The position numbers and the translations under genes are program-made. Of a stretch of 35,231 nt of DNA, positions 1 to 11,524 are shown one piece after another (within the stretch, counting starts at the first letter, position 1; each line of letters begins with the position of its first letter). The stretch lies in assembly GCF_001194135.2 (NCBI RefSeq), contig NC_069002.1:34066926-34102156 (forward strand). Direction: 5' to 3'. Source of the stretch: Octopus bimaculoides. Taxonomy: Eukaryota. A model generated the notes under the pieces. That model searched no databases, was not told the DNA's origin, and saw only the letters and a list, made by a program, of their open reading frames with translations.

Positions 1-338
1 ATATATATATATATATATATATATACGATAACAAAAAGTTGATTGTGATTCACTACACCTGTTTCAGACGTTTCCTTTTTTATTGATGCAATAAACCAAT
101 CAATCGTGGACCGGCAATTCGTTCGGAATTCTAGTCCATAGACAGCGGTGCAATACGCGCAGTGAGTGTACCCATGTGTTAACTTGACTATTAGATGTGT
201 ATTGAATCAGCCACTTGTAAACGCATGCATAACTGGAGAACAAATCCGCTTTTACTTTAGTAAATAAGGAGTTGTACACAAATGGCCCTGTCTTCGACCC
301 TACCTTGGATGCTTTCCGTATTTCCACACATAATTCTC

Positions 339-478
339 ACGGATCCTGCAAATTTAAATATATCTGTATACACATTATTTACAATTGATGGATATTCCTC
401 CTCATCTTGTTTGTTGTTAACACAACTTTTCTGTTGATATACCCTCCAACCTTCATCGGGTGTCTTGGGGAAATTTCG
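339..478 (-). mobile_element. Hammerhead-bearing repeat family 1, left (minus) arm of inverted pair; degenerate HHR core
   Basis: Reverse complement reads ccccaagacac-CCGATGA-a-GGTTG-gagggtatat-CAACA-GAAA-agttgtgttaacaacaaacaagatgagg. It is homologous to 506-640 (+) and 8092-8250 (-). Confidence 0.75.
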
Positions 479-501
479 GAGGGATGCCTTGGACCATGTT
501 A

Positions 502-549
502 TAACATCTGATGAAGGCTGGAGGGTATATCAGCCGAAACGTTGTGTTA
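502..549 (+). ncRNA. Minimal type I hammerhead ribozyme motif (family 1)
   Basis: TAACAT-CTGATGA-A-GGCTG-gagggtatat-CAGCC-GAAAC-GT-T-GTGTTA. Stem I is TAACAT/GTGTTA (one G-U), stem II is GGCTG/CAGCC, and stem III is the palindrome AACGTT. The predicted site is GUU, cut after 543. Confidence 0.7.
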
Positions 550-640
550 ACAACAAACAAGATGAGGACAGATATCCGTCAATTCTAAATAATGTAAATA
601 ATGCACATAATTCCACATCTCTTAAATATAGAACTGTAAT
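506..640 (+). mobile_element. Hammerhead-bearing repeat family 1, right arm of inverted pair
   Basis: Inverted copy of 339-478. Its 3' part (gatgaggacagatatccgtc...cttaaatatagaactgta) matches the reverse complement of 8101-8176. Confidence 0.75.
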
Positions 641-1350
641 ATCTGTATACATATGGGCGTAGCGAGCGAAAGAAAAACAGGAACTCGCCACCAAAGAAAA
701 TCGCACTCGGAGGAAAGAAAAAAACAGTAGCCCGGCAGAGAGCTCCTTCTAATGCAGTCGCTGTATCCGTGACTCCCACAACGGCCACTACACCGTCATC
801 AGCAGCTGACACGATTTCTCGAGTCCGACGGATGCCTAATACTACTACTGTATGTTAAAAAGTGTGCTTCTTAATCACGTTGTTTGTGGTTCCATGGACA
901 AATTGACTCGGATTCATCGAAATCTTGTGAGCGAATATGGTTCAATGAAGCTGAGCAAAGCCTGTCGTCTTATATACTTATGTATGTGTAATTTTATATA
1001 ATTGTCTGTACTCCACACAGATATAAAACCGGTGTCGGTGTGTTTACATCGCGGTATCTTAAGCGTTCGATAAACAGAAACCGTTAATATATGTACCAGA
1101 TTTCAAAAGTATATGAATACACTTTGTCACTCAGCTCGAGAATGAGAATACAATGCAGCACACAGTTGAGGAACATGGTGGTGTACCATGACGTGAATAA
1201 AAAACCTGCATGAAATAGCTGAGGGGAAAATGCTAACCGGAAGGATGCCTTGGTCCATGTTATAACGCCTGTAATGTTTACTGGACATCTACAGACAGAA
1301 AGTGAATATTTCAATTCAAAGTATTTCTTGAGCCAATATTTCCATAGATG

Positions 1351-1508
1351 CATTTCGTCCGTCTTTTTACGTTTTGAGTTCAAATTCCGACGAAGTGACT
1401 TTGTCTTACATCCTTTCGGAATAAAGTACGTACCAGTTCAGTGCTGGGGGTCGGTGTAATAGACGTATTCCCTTCCCATCAAATTGCTGGCCTTCTGCTA
1501 AAGTTTGA
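1351..1508 (+). mobile_element. SINE family A, 5'-truncated and diverged
   Basis: catttcgtccgtc...gagttcaaattccgacgaag...catcctttcgga...gtaccag...gggtcggtgtaat matches the body of the 8911 copy. Confidence 0.7.
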
Positions 1509-1818
1509 GATCAATATTCACACGCTATTATTTCTACCTTTATTTTCTTCGAAACTCTGCGTTCCAAAAACGAATTAATTTTTCTCGATTTTAGGATTAA
1601 AAAAAAAAAAATCGGGAAGGAGAAATATTTCGTATCGAATAACTAAACGTTCGACCATCGTGTTCGAATGCGTAATTGCGGTACGTATTTAATTGAAGAC
1701 ACAACATATATGTTTCCTTAACATATTTAGACTTATTTCAAATTCCCCATCGCAGACACTTTCTTTCAACGAAAGTATATGTACTTGAATGTGTGTTTGT
1801 GTACGAATATGTACTGAA

Positions 1819-1857
<39 letters not shown>

Positions 1858-1926
1858 CATATACATACATACATGTGCAGGCAAATAGTGAAATGTATAC
1901 ATAAATATATATACATATATATATAT

Positions 1927-1973
<47 letters not shown>

Positions 1974-2400
1974 TGGGGGAGGTATACATATTTAACAATA
2001 TAAGAAGTCGTGTACAACATTCTTGTAATCATTGCAACCAATTTCGCTTAGGTTCCTGTTTTTAATCATCTCGTGTTATAAATGGGAAGAAGAAAAAAAA
2101 TACCCACTTTTCGCGTCACCTATTAATATCGTTGGAAGAAGAGAAAAAGTGAATGAATAGCTTCAATGAATGACTGTGTCTGCTTACAATTCATAAAGTA
2201 CAACGCTCTTTCTCCTATTGTGTTCTATGATACCTACTTATTTTAAGTTCATATTCTTCCACTTTCAATAATGAAATGTGAATAACATTGCGGTATATAT
2301 GGATTTCCATACGTGTGTAGATGCATAATGTATTAATGCATAAATCAATACGCGAAAACGTACGCACGCACGAACACACACACGCACACATTCTACATGT

Positions 2401-2465
<65 letters not shown>

Positions 2466-3290
2466 ATAAATATATATGAATATATACATACATAGATGCA
2501 TATATATACATATCCACACATAGTTTTGTACATACATATATATATATATATCTTTGTATATACATATATATAATATAACACACTAAGGAAAGGAATTCCA
2601 TCAAAAAGGTGTGTAAAACATCCAATTCACTGATACGTTTGTTGTATACCACATAAATATGTGTATAACGCAAATTACAAACAATGAATTAAAAAGAGAT
2701 ACAATTGAGAAACCGATAATTCATTTAAATCATAATATAACATAAAATACTATGAATATGATATAATATTATATAAGATTAGATTAAATATTATTAAAAA
2801 ACCAAAGGAGCCAATGATTTGTTATGACTTATATACATTATTTGGGTTTTACTTAAGCAAACACGGATTTAAGGTCGAAGAGAATCCTTGGTTATTATAA
2901 TAACATATAAAAACAATAATCTCGATTAAGTAAGACACTGATACTTAATTTATATAGCAATCTATTTTGTTGCATGTTATTTATACGAGTTAGGATTAAT
3001 TTTTTTGAGGTATATAGAAATATATTTCGATAGTTGTAGATTCTATTTACTTAATCACAGTGTCCGTTATAATTTTGTTGTTTCAATTATAATTGTTATG
3101 TAGTTGGAAAGTTAGCGCTCATGCTCATAATTCATAGGCGTTGATTTTTAATGATTTTTTAAAGTTATCTTATATTATTTAATATTATATTCATAGTATA
3201 TTATGTTATATTATAATATAAATAAATTATTGTTTAGTCAATTGCATCTCTCTCATTAATTTATTGTATATATATATATATATATGTATA

Positions 3291-4110
3291 NNNNNNNNNN
3301 NNNNNNNNNNNNNNNNNNNNNNNNNNNNNNNNNNNNNNNNNNNNNNNNNNNNNNNNNNNNNNNNNNNNNNNNNNNNNNNNNNNNNNNNNNNNNNNNNNNN
3401 NNNNNNNNNNNNNNNNNNNNNNNNNNNNNNNNNNNNNNNNNNNNNNNNNNNNNNNNNNNNNNNNNNNNNNNNNNNNNNNNNNNNNNNNNNNNNNNNNNNN
3501 NNNNNNNNNNNNNNNNNNNNNNNNNNNNNNNNNNNNNNNNNNNNNNNNNNNNNNNNNNNNNNNNNNNNNNNNNNNNNNNNNNNNNNNNNNNNNNNNNNNN
3601 NNNNNNNNNNNNNNNNNNNNNNNNNNNNNNNNNNNNNNNNNNNNNNNNNNNNNNNNNNNNNNNNNNNNNNNNNNNNNNNNNNNNNNNNNNNNNNNNNNNN
3701 NNNNNNNNNNNNNNNNNNNNNNNNNNNNNNNNNNNNNNNNNNNNNNNNNNNNNNNNNNNNNNNNNNNNNNNNNNNNNNNNNNNNNNNNNNNNNNNNNNNN
3801 NNNNNNNNNNNNNNNNNNNNNNNNNNNNNNNNNNNNNNNNNNNNNNNNNNNNNNNNNNNNNNNNNNNNNNNNNNNNNNNNNNNNNNNNNNNNNNNNNNNN
3901 NNNNNNNNNNNNNNNNNNNNNNNNNNNNNNNNNNNNNNNNNNNNNNNNNNNNNNNNNNNNNNNNNNNNNNNNNNNNNNNNNNNNNNNNNNNNNNNNNNNN
4001 NNNNNNNNNNNNNNNNNNNNNNNNNNNNNNNNNNNNNNNNNNNNNNNNNNNNNNNNNNNNNNNNNNNNNNNNNNNNNNNNNNNNNNNNNNNNNNNNNNNN
4101 NNNNNNNNNT
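3291..4110. other. Assembly gap (N run) flanked by (AT)n
   Basis: 820 N. Other gaps lie at approximately 5143-5906, 9917-10093, 12219-12318, 17340-17648, 18952-19472, 20558-20865, 21742-21931, 26577-26856 and 33570-33624, nearly all bounded by dinucleotide repeats. Confidence 0.98.
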
Positions 4111-6379
4111 ATATATATATATATATATATATATATGCATACATGCTTTCATTTGTACTTAAGTACATATAAATATATTTCGTGGCAATATATTTGTACC
4201 TCAATATATTTGTGAATTTATTGCAGCAGCCTTTATGTTATTGTGCTAGTCGAAAATTTATGTCAGTAACTAATAGGGAGTGAATAATATTCAAGTTATT
4301 TAAAGCTAAACAACGATAATATACAATTTAAAGTTAAAATACCCGTGTTTATTAATTTGCGGTTAATTAGAACCAGCAAATAAACGGGAAACAACGAACA
4401 ACATCAGAATTTCATATATTCATTTTTAATTACTAACCGTGCACTGTATCAATATAATTCTTAGAGAAATAATAGAAACTATATAAATAAATGCATTCGA
4501 CTTTCTTATTTCAGTTACTTTTATAACATTTATATATTCAATAACAACGATAACAAAAAGGAAACAGACGATCGTTAAAATATCAAGAAAAACAGCAACG
4601 TTAAGAAGAATTGCATCAATAATGGTAATTTCTGAAAATCTACTGCGGTTTAAAATGTTGGAAGAATATTTTCCTTTGTTTTGAAATGAGCGGCTTGTTT
4701 CCATCAAGATTATTCTGTTTACCAATTAAGGTCAAAACACAAATAGAAGCAAACGTTGAAGAATTACAAAGAGAATGAAATTATGCAAATTATAGGATTT
4801 TTGTTTGCACACTTCAGGTTCTTTTGTCTGGAAGTTCAAATAACATTCAATGATCTGCCTAAGGCAAGCTGAATATATGAAGATTTAATTTTATAAATTT
4901 CTTGCAGTACACTATCAGTATGTCTTCAATAAGTTGCATCCACAGGTGTATTGTGTCTACATATATACATACAGTGAAACGTCTCATATTCTAATATAGA
5001 TACGTACATAAACATAATATTCACATGTATGCCTTCTATTTTCTAATACATTTATATACACCACAAAGGTTTGTTCACGGATGCATATCAGTAGATGCTT
5101 GTTTGGTTATGTATATACATGCGTATATATATATATATATATNNNNNNNNNNNNNNNNNNNNNNNNNNNNNNNNNNNNNNNNNNNNNNNNNNNNNNNNNN
5201 NNNNNNNNNNNNNNNNNNNNNNNNNNNNNNNNNNNNNNNNNNNNNNNNNNNNNNNNNNNNNNNNNNNNNNNNNNNNNNNNNNNNNNNNNNNNNNNNNNNN
5301 NNNNNNNNNNNNNNNNNNNNNNNNNNNNNNNNNNNNNNNNNNNNNNNNNNNNNNNNNNNNNNNNNNNNNNNNNNNNNNNNNNNNNNNNNNNNNNNNNNNN
5401 NNNNNNNNNNNNNNNNNNNNNNNNNNNNNNNNNNNNNNNNNNNNNNNNNNNNNNNNNNNNNNNNNNNNNNNNNNNNNNNNNNNNNNNNNNNNNNNNNNNN
5501 NNNNNNNNNNNNNNNNNNNNNNNNNNNNNNNNNNNNNNNNNNNNNNNNNNNNNNNNNNNNNNNNNNNNNNNNNNNNNNNNNNNNNNNNNNNNNNNNNNNN
5601 NNNNNNNNNNNNNNNNNNNNNNNNNNNNNNNNNNNNNNNNNNNNNNNNNNNNNNNNNNNNNNNNNNNNNNNNNNNNNNNNNNNNNNNNNNNNNNNNNNNN
5701 NNNNNNNNNNNNNNNNNNNNNNNNNNNNNNNNNNNNNNNNNNNNNNNNNNNNNNNNNNNNNNNNNNNNNNNNNNNNNNNNNNNNNNNNNNNNNNNNNNNN
5801 NNNNNNNNNNNNNNNNNNNNNNNNNNNNNNNNNNNNNNNNNNNNNNNNNNNNNNNNNNNNNNNNNNNNNNNNNNNNNNNNNNNNNNNNNNNNNNNNNNNN
5901 NNNNNNATATATATATATATATATATATAAAATTGCAGCGTGGAAGGTGTTTATAAGCCATTTAAAAACACAGAAAAACTATTTATATTTAGAATTCACT
6001 GATACCTTATTTGAAATCATCGATTTTGCAGTCGGAGAACTTAAATCCCCTGATAGAGTAATCAATTAGAGCGTCATTACACTAAACTTCAATCTCTTAG
6101 GGTTAAATTAGAAAATGTTTCACTATGGTAGCGCTGTTGTTTTGGTTTCTCCTGGAGTTTATGAAATTGCAGCTGTTTTTCATATAGTTGTTGTTGTTGT
6201 TGTTGTTGTCGTCACTACTCTTTTGTTATTGTTCTTAATGTTGCTACAAACAAGATGTTATTGCTGTTTAGCAGCAATATATTCATGGTTGAACAGACTT
6301 ATGGACAGAAGACACTTATATTGGACAATGATATCGATATTAGTCAACAGCTCTTTCATTTCGTTTCACTTCTTTTCAG

Positions 6380-6427
6380 ACAGGAGTATACTGACATTGC
6401 AATCGCTCAAGCTTTTGTTATTCAGGC
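6380..6427 (+). CDS. Candidate 48-nt internal exon, gene unknown
   Basis: Long pyrimidine tract tctttcatttcgtttcacttcttttcAG, then the exon, then GTAAGT. Two frames are open (QEYTDIAIAQAFVIQA or DRSILTLQSLKLLLFR) and the length is divisible by 3. No homology recognised. Confidence 0.3.
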
Positions 6428-7516
6428 GTAAGTCAGCGCTAAACTATTTCGCATACTACCACAGACATGCAACTCGAGAAACCCCTGTCTATTTTTGTAC
6501 GTACACCTGTAATCTTGCATCACATTAATTGCTGAACACTGTCGGCCTTATTCTAAAAGATAACAGTAAGATCTGAGAGTAGTGGGTCTACTATGTCTAG
6601 CATGTATGGCGGCTGCGTTGAGTACACAATGCAACCATATAATCCGGAAGCGGGTTGTAATCTACAATAGTCAGACATCATTTCCGATGTAGATAGGGAT
6701 GAGAGATGTTTCATCGTTTATTCCTTTTCCTTTGGGATATAAATTTCTTATTATTTACGTTTTCTCTTTCATTTTGCTGCCAGAAAAAAAATTCAATTAA
6801 ATGTATAGATGATGCAATATACTTAAAATTATTAACCTATATGACATAGACAAACAAACGGATCAGATTTTTATAAAATAAATCTAAAATAAAGTAGGAA
6901 AACGAAAAAAAAGAGGGTTTATAAATGTAAATACAATCTAATTATAGCTGATTGAGGTATGGAGAAAAATAAATCTACATTTAAAGCAAACTATGTTTTA
7001 AACAATACAACTCTATTCGTTGCAGCCATTAGCTATAAACCCCGCGTTCTAACGTTCTGTATGTATGTATGTTTGCGTGCATGTATGCATTTATAAATGT
7101 ATGTGTGCATGTATGTATGTATATTATTATGTGAGTATGCCTGTGTATGTGTTTATATGTAATCAGATTTATCCACAAACTAGATATTGGGTAGTGATGC
7201 TTCACTTACAATAAAATACATTGTAATAATGCTTCGAAGAAGGAAATAAAGAGAAATAAAATCTAACTTATAAGAAGCGGGGGGGAAAAAAAGCACATTT
7301 TCAGGAAGAAAAGGAGACGATATAGGAAAAAAATGTAAAGAAATTGGTTGAGGAAAAAAATAGAAATAAACAAGAAAATATATAGCAATTTCTTCATTTC
7401 TGCAAAGAAAATCAATAGTCATCTTTGAGTTGAGAGAGTTTATGGAAGGAAGTGAAAAATACCCCTGAAAATACATTATTTGCGAACAATCCCAGAAAAC
7501 AAATGAGGAAATTAAG

Positions 7517-7744
7517 ACAACAACAATAATAACAACTACAAGAGTAGCTATGATAATAATAATAATAATGATGATGATCATGATAATAATAATGATGATA
7601 ATAATAATGATAATGATAATAACAATGATAATAATAATAACAAAAACAGCAACAACAATACTAATAACGACGAAGATGATGATGTTGATGATGATAATGA
7701 TGATAATGTGGTTGAGGATGATGATGATGATGATAAAAATAATG
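7517..7744. repeat. Compound trinucleotide microsatellite (ACA/ATA/ATG)n
   Basis: Runs of acaacaata, atgataata and gatgatgat. It explains the Ile/Met-rich ORFs. Confidence 0.9.
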
Positions 7745-8091
7745 CCAGAGGGAATAAGAATAAGTTGATTGCGGGAGGGCTGGGTGTAAAGAAACGTGTA
7801 TAAAAATACTTTTAATAGAAGAATGTTAGGTTGGAGGAAACAAAATTAATAAATTAATGCGAGAGGAAATGACAAAAATAAAAAAAAGGAGGCGTAATTT
7901 GGGTAGATGACAGTAAAAATATGAAAACCACATGAAAGATAGAAAATCGATTAAACGAATATAAGTTTAAAAAATATGTAGCAGGTAAGAGCTAGTACCG
8001 GAGAATAATTACTGAAGGCTGCTGTATATGTAATAAAGTAGTTATTTACAGTTAGTTTTGTGTTAAATAGAATTGAAAAGGCAAGGTCTCT

Positions 8092-8385
8092 ACGGATCCT
8101 ACAGTTCTATATTTAAGAGATGAGGAATTATGTACATTATTTACCTTATTAACATTTGACGGATATTTGTCTTCATCTTGTTTGTTGTTAACACAACGTT
8201 TCGGCTGATATACCCTCCAGCCTTCATCAGGTTTCTTGGGGAAATATCGATCCTGGGTTCTCATTCCTAAGGTAGTTTGGGATATTGTTATTATTATTAG
8301 TAGTAGTATTCAGGTCACTGCCTGGAATGGATCTTGGAATCTTGGGGTTAGTAGCCCGCTCTCTTAACAACAATGCCATATTCCC
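8092..8385 (-). mobile_element. Family 1 element: tRNA-like head + (TAA/TAC)n linker + hammerhead-containing body
   Basis: Minus strand reads gggaatatggcattgttgttaagagagcgggCTACTAAcccc...agatccattccaggc (degenerate A box, anticodon-like arm, degenerate B box). A simple-repeat linker follows, then CTGATGA...GAAAC. Confidence 0.65.
8189..8235 (-). ncRNA. Minimal type I hammerhead ribozyme motif (family 1), intact core
   Basis: Reverse complement: gaaac-CTGATGA-A-GGCTG-gagggtatat-CAGCC-GAAAC-GT-T-GTGTT. Stem I has one mismatch relative to the acac/gtgt pairing seen in the 339-478 copy. Confidence 0.65.
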
Positions 8386-8387
8386 GT

Positions 8388-8494
8388 GGGCATATGGCGT
8401 AGTGATGAATGCTGGAGGATATGTCAGCCGAAACGTAGTGTTAACAACAAGCAAGATGAGGACAAATATCCGTCAAATGTAAATAATGTAAATA
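8388..8494 (+). mobile_element. Family 1 element, inverted internally deleted arm
   Basis: gggcataTGGCGTAGTG (A box) is fused directly to atgaatgctggaggatatgtcagccGAAACGTAgtgttaac. The HHR core reads GTGATGA, with C3 lost. Confidence 0.7.
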
Positions 8495-8908
8495 GTCTCT
8501 AGGGATATTAAGCACTGTGCTGTAGAATGTATAGTACTCTTGTGTAAGTTACTGTCTCCTTGAGCTAGAAAATAGTATATGGTTTTTGTTTCCACGAGAT
8601 ATTGCGACAGTATAGGAATGGAGAATTTTCACTGGGGTGTTGTAAAAAATAATAGATATTAAGTCGGGCCAATAGTGAGGTAGATATTAAAAAGTAATTG
8701 TACAACGTCCAGGAAGACACTACGCGGGCCTAGCAAATTGCAGACAAAATTTCAATAGATAAAATGGTCGTATGTGCTTGTTAATATTCAACAGAGACTT
8801 TGCAGTCAGTAGATAGTGTATTATAAATGACGAAAGAAGTGTCCTACAGCGAGTAAACGTTGATGTCCAATCAATAGAGTAATCTTTGATGTAACAATAA
8901 ACAGTGAA

Positions 8909-9314
8909 GTGAAGGCGGTGAGCTGGCAGAAACGTTAGCACCCCGGGCGAAATGCTTAGCGGTATTTCGTCTGCCGTTACGTTCTGAGTTCAAATTCCGC
9001 CGAGGTCGACTTTGCCTTTCATCCTTTCGGTGTCGATAAATTAAGTACCAGTTACGCACTGGGGTCGATGTAAACGACTTAATGCATTTGTCTGTCCTTG
9101 TTTGTCCCCTCTGTGTTTAGCCCCGTGTGGGCATTAAAGAAATAAGAATCGTTAGCACCCCGGGCGAAATGCTTTGCAGCATTTCGTCTATCTTCACGTT
9201 CTGAGCTCAAATTCCACCGAGGTCGATAAAATAAGTATGAGTTGCGTAATGGAGTCGATCTAATCGACTTTCCCCTCCTCCAAAATTCCGGGCATTGTGC
9301 CCTGAGTAGAAAAG
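8909..9314 (+). mobile_element. SINE family A tandem dimer with 13-bp TSD
   Basis: Unit 1 (about 8911-9146) is aggcggtgagctggcagaaacgttagca...gagttcaaattcc...gggcattaaagaaata. Unit 2 (about 9146-9314) restarts at gaatcgttagca. AATAAACAGTGAA occurs at 8896-8908 and 9315-9327. Confidence 0.85.
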
Positions 9315-10566
9315 AATAAACAGTGAAATAAACAGGATCTTCTGAGATAGAAATTAAAAGAAATAGAATAACCTCTGTTTCTTCGCTAGATCTGGGACCT
9401 GGCTCTTGAGTTACGTGAGTAATGAACGAGCAATACGTATACCCCTAGTACACGATGAAACAGTACTAAACAACACAGGCCGTTGTAGTCATACTGCGAT
9501 TGAAATGAGCTTGTAAGGAACTAACTGAAAATAACTGGAAAGAATGTGACGGTTGATATATATAAATGTACCCAGTTACTATGGTTTTGTCGGAAGTATT
9601 TAAGTAAAGTCTGGAAATTAACTATATAAGTTTCAATGAAAAGGAGTGAATTATTCGAAAATTTGGCAGAATATAAGAAATCAAAAATATAAGTCTACAA
9701 AGATTTATACATACATGCATACATATATGTATGTATTTTTAAATATACTCAAATACCCAAAATTTCAAGGAGTTCCTGCCTTAAAAACAGGAACTAAACC
9801 ACAGTTATTTTGTGTTCTTTGCTACATTGGTTTCTATTAACCCATTTATTCTATCCGAAGAATATTTATTCATTAATATAGAAGAAATACACACATGTAT
9901 ATATATATATATATANNNNNNNNNNNNNNNNNNNNNNNNNNNNNNNNNNNNNNNNNNNNNNNNNNNNNNNNNNNNNNNNNNNNNNNNNNNNNNNNNNNNN
10001 NNNNNNNNNNNNNNNNNNNNNNNNNNNNNNNNNNNNNNNNNNNNNNNNNNNNNNNNNNNNNNNNNNNNNNNNNNNNNNNNNNNNNNNNNNNNNATATATA
10101 TATATATATAACGTTTTGGTTCCACGTTATATTTCCGATTTTCAGATAACAGAGGCATTTCATGAACGTCTGTATGTATCAAAATATCCGATCACTTATT
10201 GAATCACTTCTAGTCTGGAAAATTTATGGCGCCATCTCACAGCAAAAGTACACATTCGACTGTGAATGATTGTTGTGTGTGTCTTGCATGTTTTTTTCTA
10301 AAATGAACAACAGAATGGAAGTTGTAAATCGGTGTGGAATTGTAATAATAGAAAAGTAACATGAGCCAATGCATGCAAACATTACATGCTTGTGCTCTTC
10401 AAGAAAAACAATTATAGACAAAACTATATCATGGCACCTTCTTTCCGGGTGAAAACAAAAATATTTTGGAAATCCTTCTTTTGAAGAGGTATATATTTAT
10501 TTCAGGAACAATAATATAATCACAAAATAATATAGAGTAATATATCAAAATTTTATAAGGGATGCC

Positions 10567-10868
10567 GGTGGAGGCGCTATGGCCCAGTGGTTAGGACAGT
10601 GGCCTCGCGGTCAGAGGATCGCGGTTTCGATTCTCAGACCAGGCGTTGGTGAACCCTGCTGTACTCTTTCACCACAACTTTCTCTTACTTCTTGTTTCTG
10701 TTGTGCCTGTAATCCAAAGGGTCAGCTTTGTCACGCTGTGTCACGTTAAGGGTACACGTGTCTGTCGAGTGCTCAGCCACTTGCACGTTAATTTCACGAG
10801 CAGGCTGTTCCGTTGATCGGATCAACTGGAACCCTCGACGTCGTAAGCGACGGAGTGCTAACAACAAC
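10567..10868 (+). mobile_element. SINE family B (tRNA-derived), internal deletion, 12-bp TSD
   Basis: A box TGGCCCAGTGG, B box GGTTTCGATTC, tail cgacggagtgctaacaacaac. ATAAGGGATGCC occurs at 10555-10566 and 10869-10880. Confidence 0.9.
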
Positions 10869-11524
10869 ATAAGGGATGCCATCACGAAGTGAACAAATGT
10901 TAAGAATATCATAGTTACACTTAGTGGGGGAAATTGTATTAATACTAAGAGATTGGTTCTTGATGGGGAGCTTAGTCTGCCTGAACAAACAAATCTGAGT
11001 ATTACCTTCAGTTTTCGTTTAACTAGAAAAAAGAACGAATGTCACTTTCCATATACAGCAAGAAGAAAAAATGAAAATTTAAAACTTGCTAACATTGTAA
11101 GAATTGACATTTAACAGAAATGCGTGGTAGACCATATAATCTGTTTACCCAAGTCTACTCATTTGTAAATAAAAACCTATAATGTATTTCATTTTGACTG
11201 TGAAAGCTATATTGTGTAATGTATTCTTTTGTACATGAGCAGCGACTATATGGACGTTATGAGTTTATTAGTTATCGAGACAAGATAACTTAATATAGGA
11301 CAATAATTAGAGAGGCCGAATTACTGTCAATATTTACAGCTTAAGTTGTGAGATAACTTACGTATGATATTTAGATAATTTTCTAGAAATGTATTTATAA
11401 AATTCTTTCCAAATATATCTGACTCGTTATTGTTAATATTACGTAGGCATATGAACGTATCTTTCGTTGTGCAAAATACGAGAAATGAGTGTAACGATTT
11501 ATTGATGTAGCTTGGCTTCATGCT

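Noticed and set aside
796-802. CTGATGA on the minus strand with a possible CGGT/GCCG stem
   Set aside because: No GAAA follows the stem, so it is not a hammerhead.
4426-4725. Open frames on both strands with a strong acceptor at 4514
   Set aside because: Derived from decayed ACA/ATA low-complexity sequence, no homology, and phase-incompatible with the 6380 candidate.
8310-8400. Bona fide tRNA-Ser gene
   Set aside because: Degenerate A and B boxes and no acceptor-stem closure. It is better explained as a SINE head.
8092-9327. CRISPR-like or prokaryotic system
   Set aside because: No regularly spaced repeat-spacer array, operon or prokaryotic ORFs anywhere in the window. The sequence is metazoan repeat DNA.
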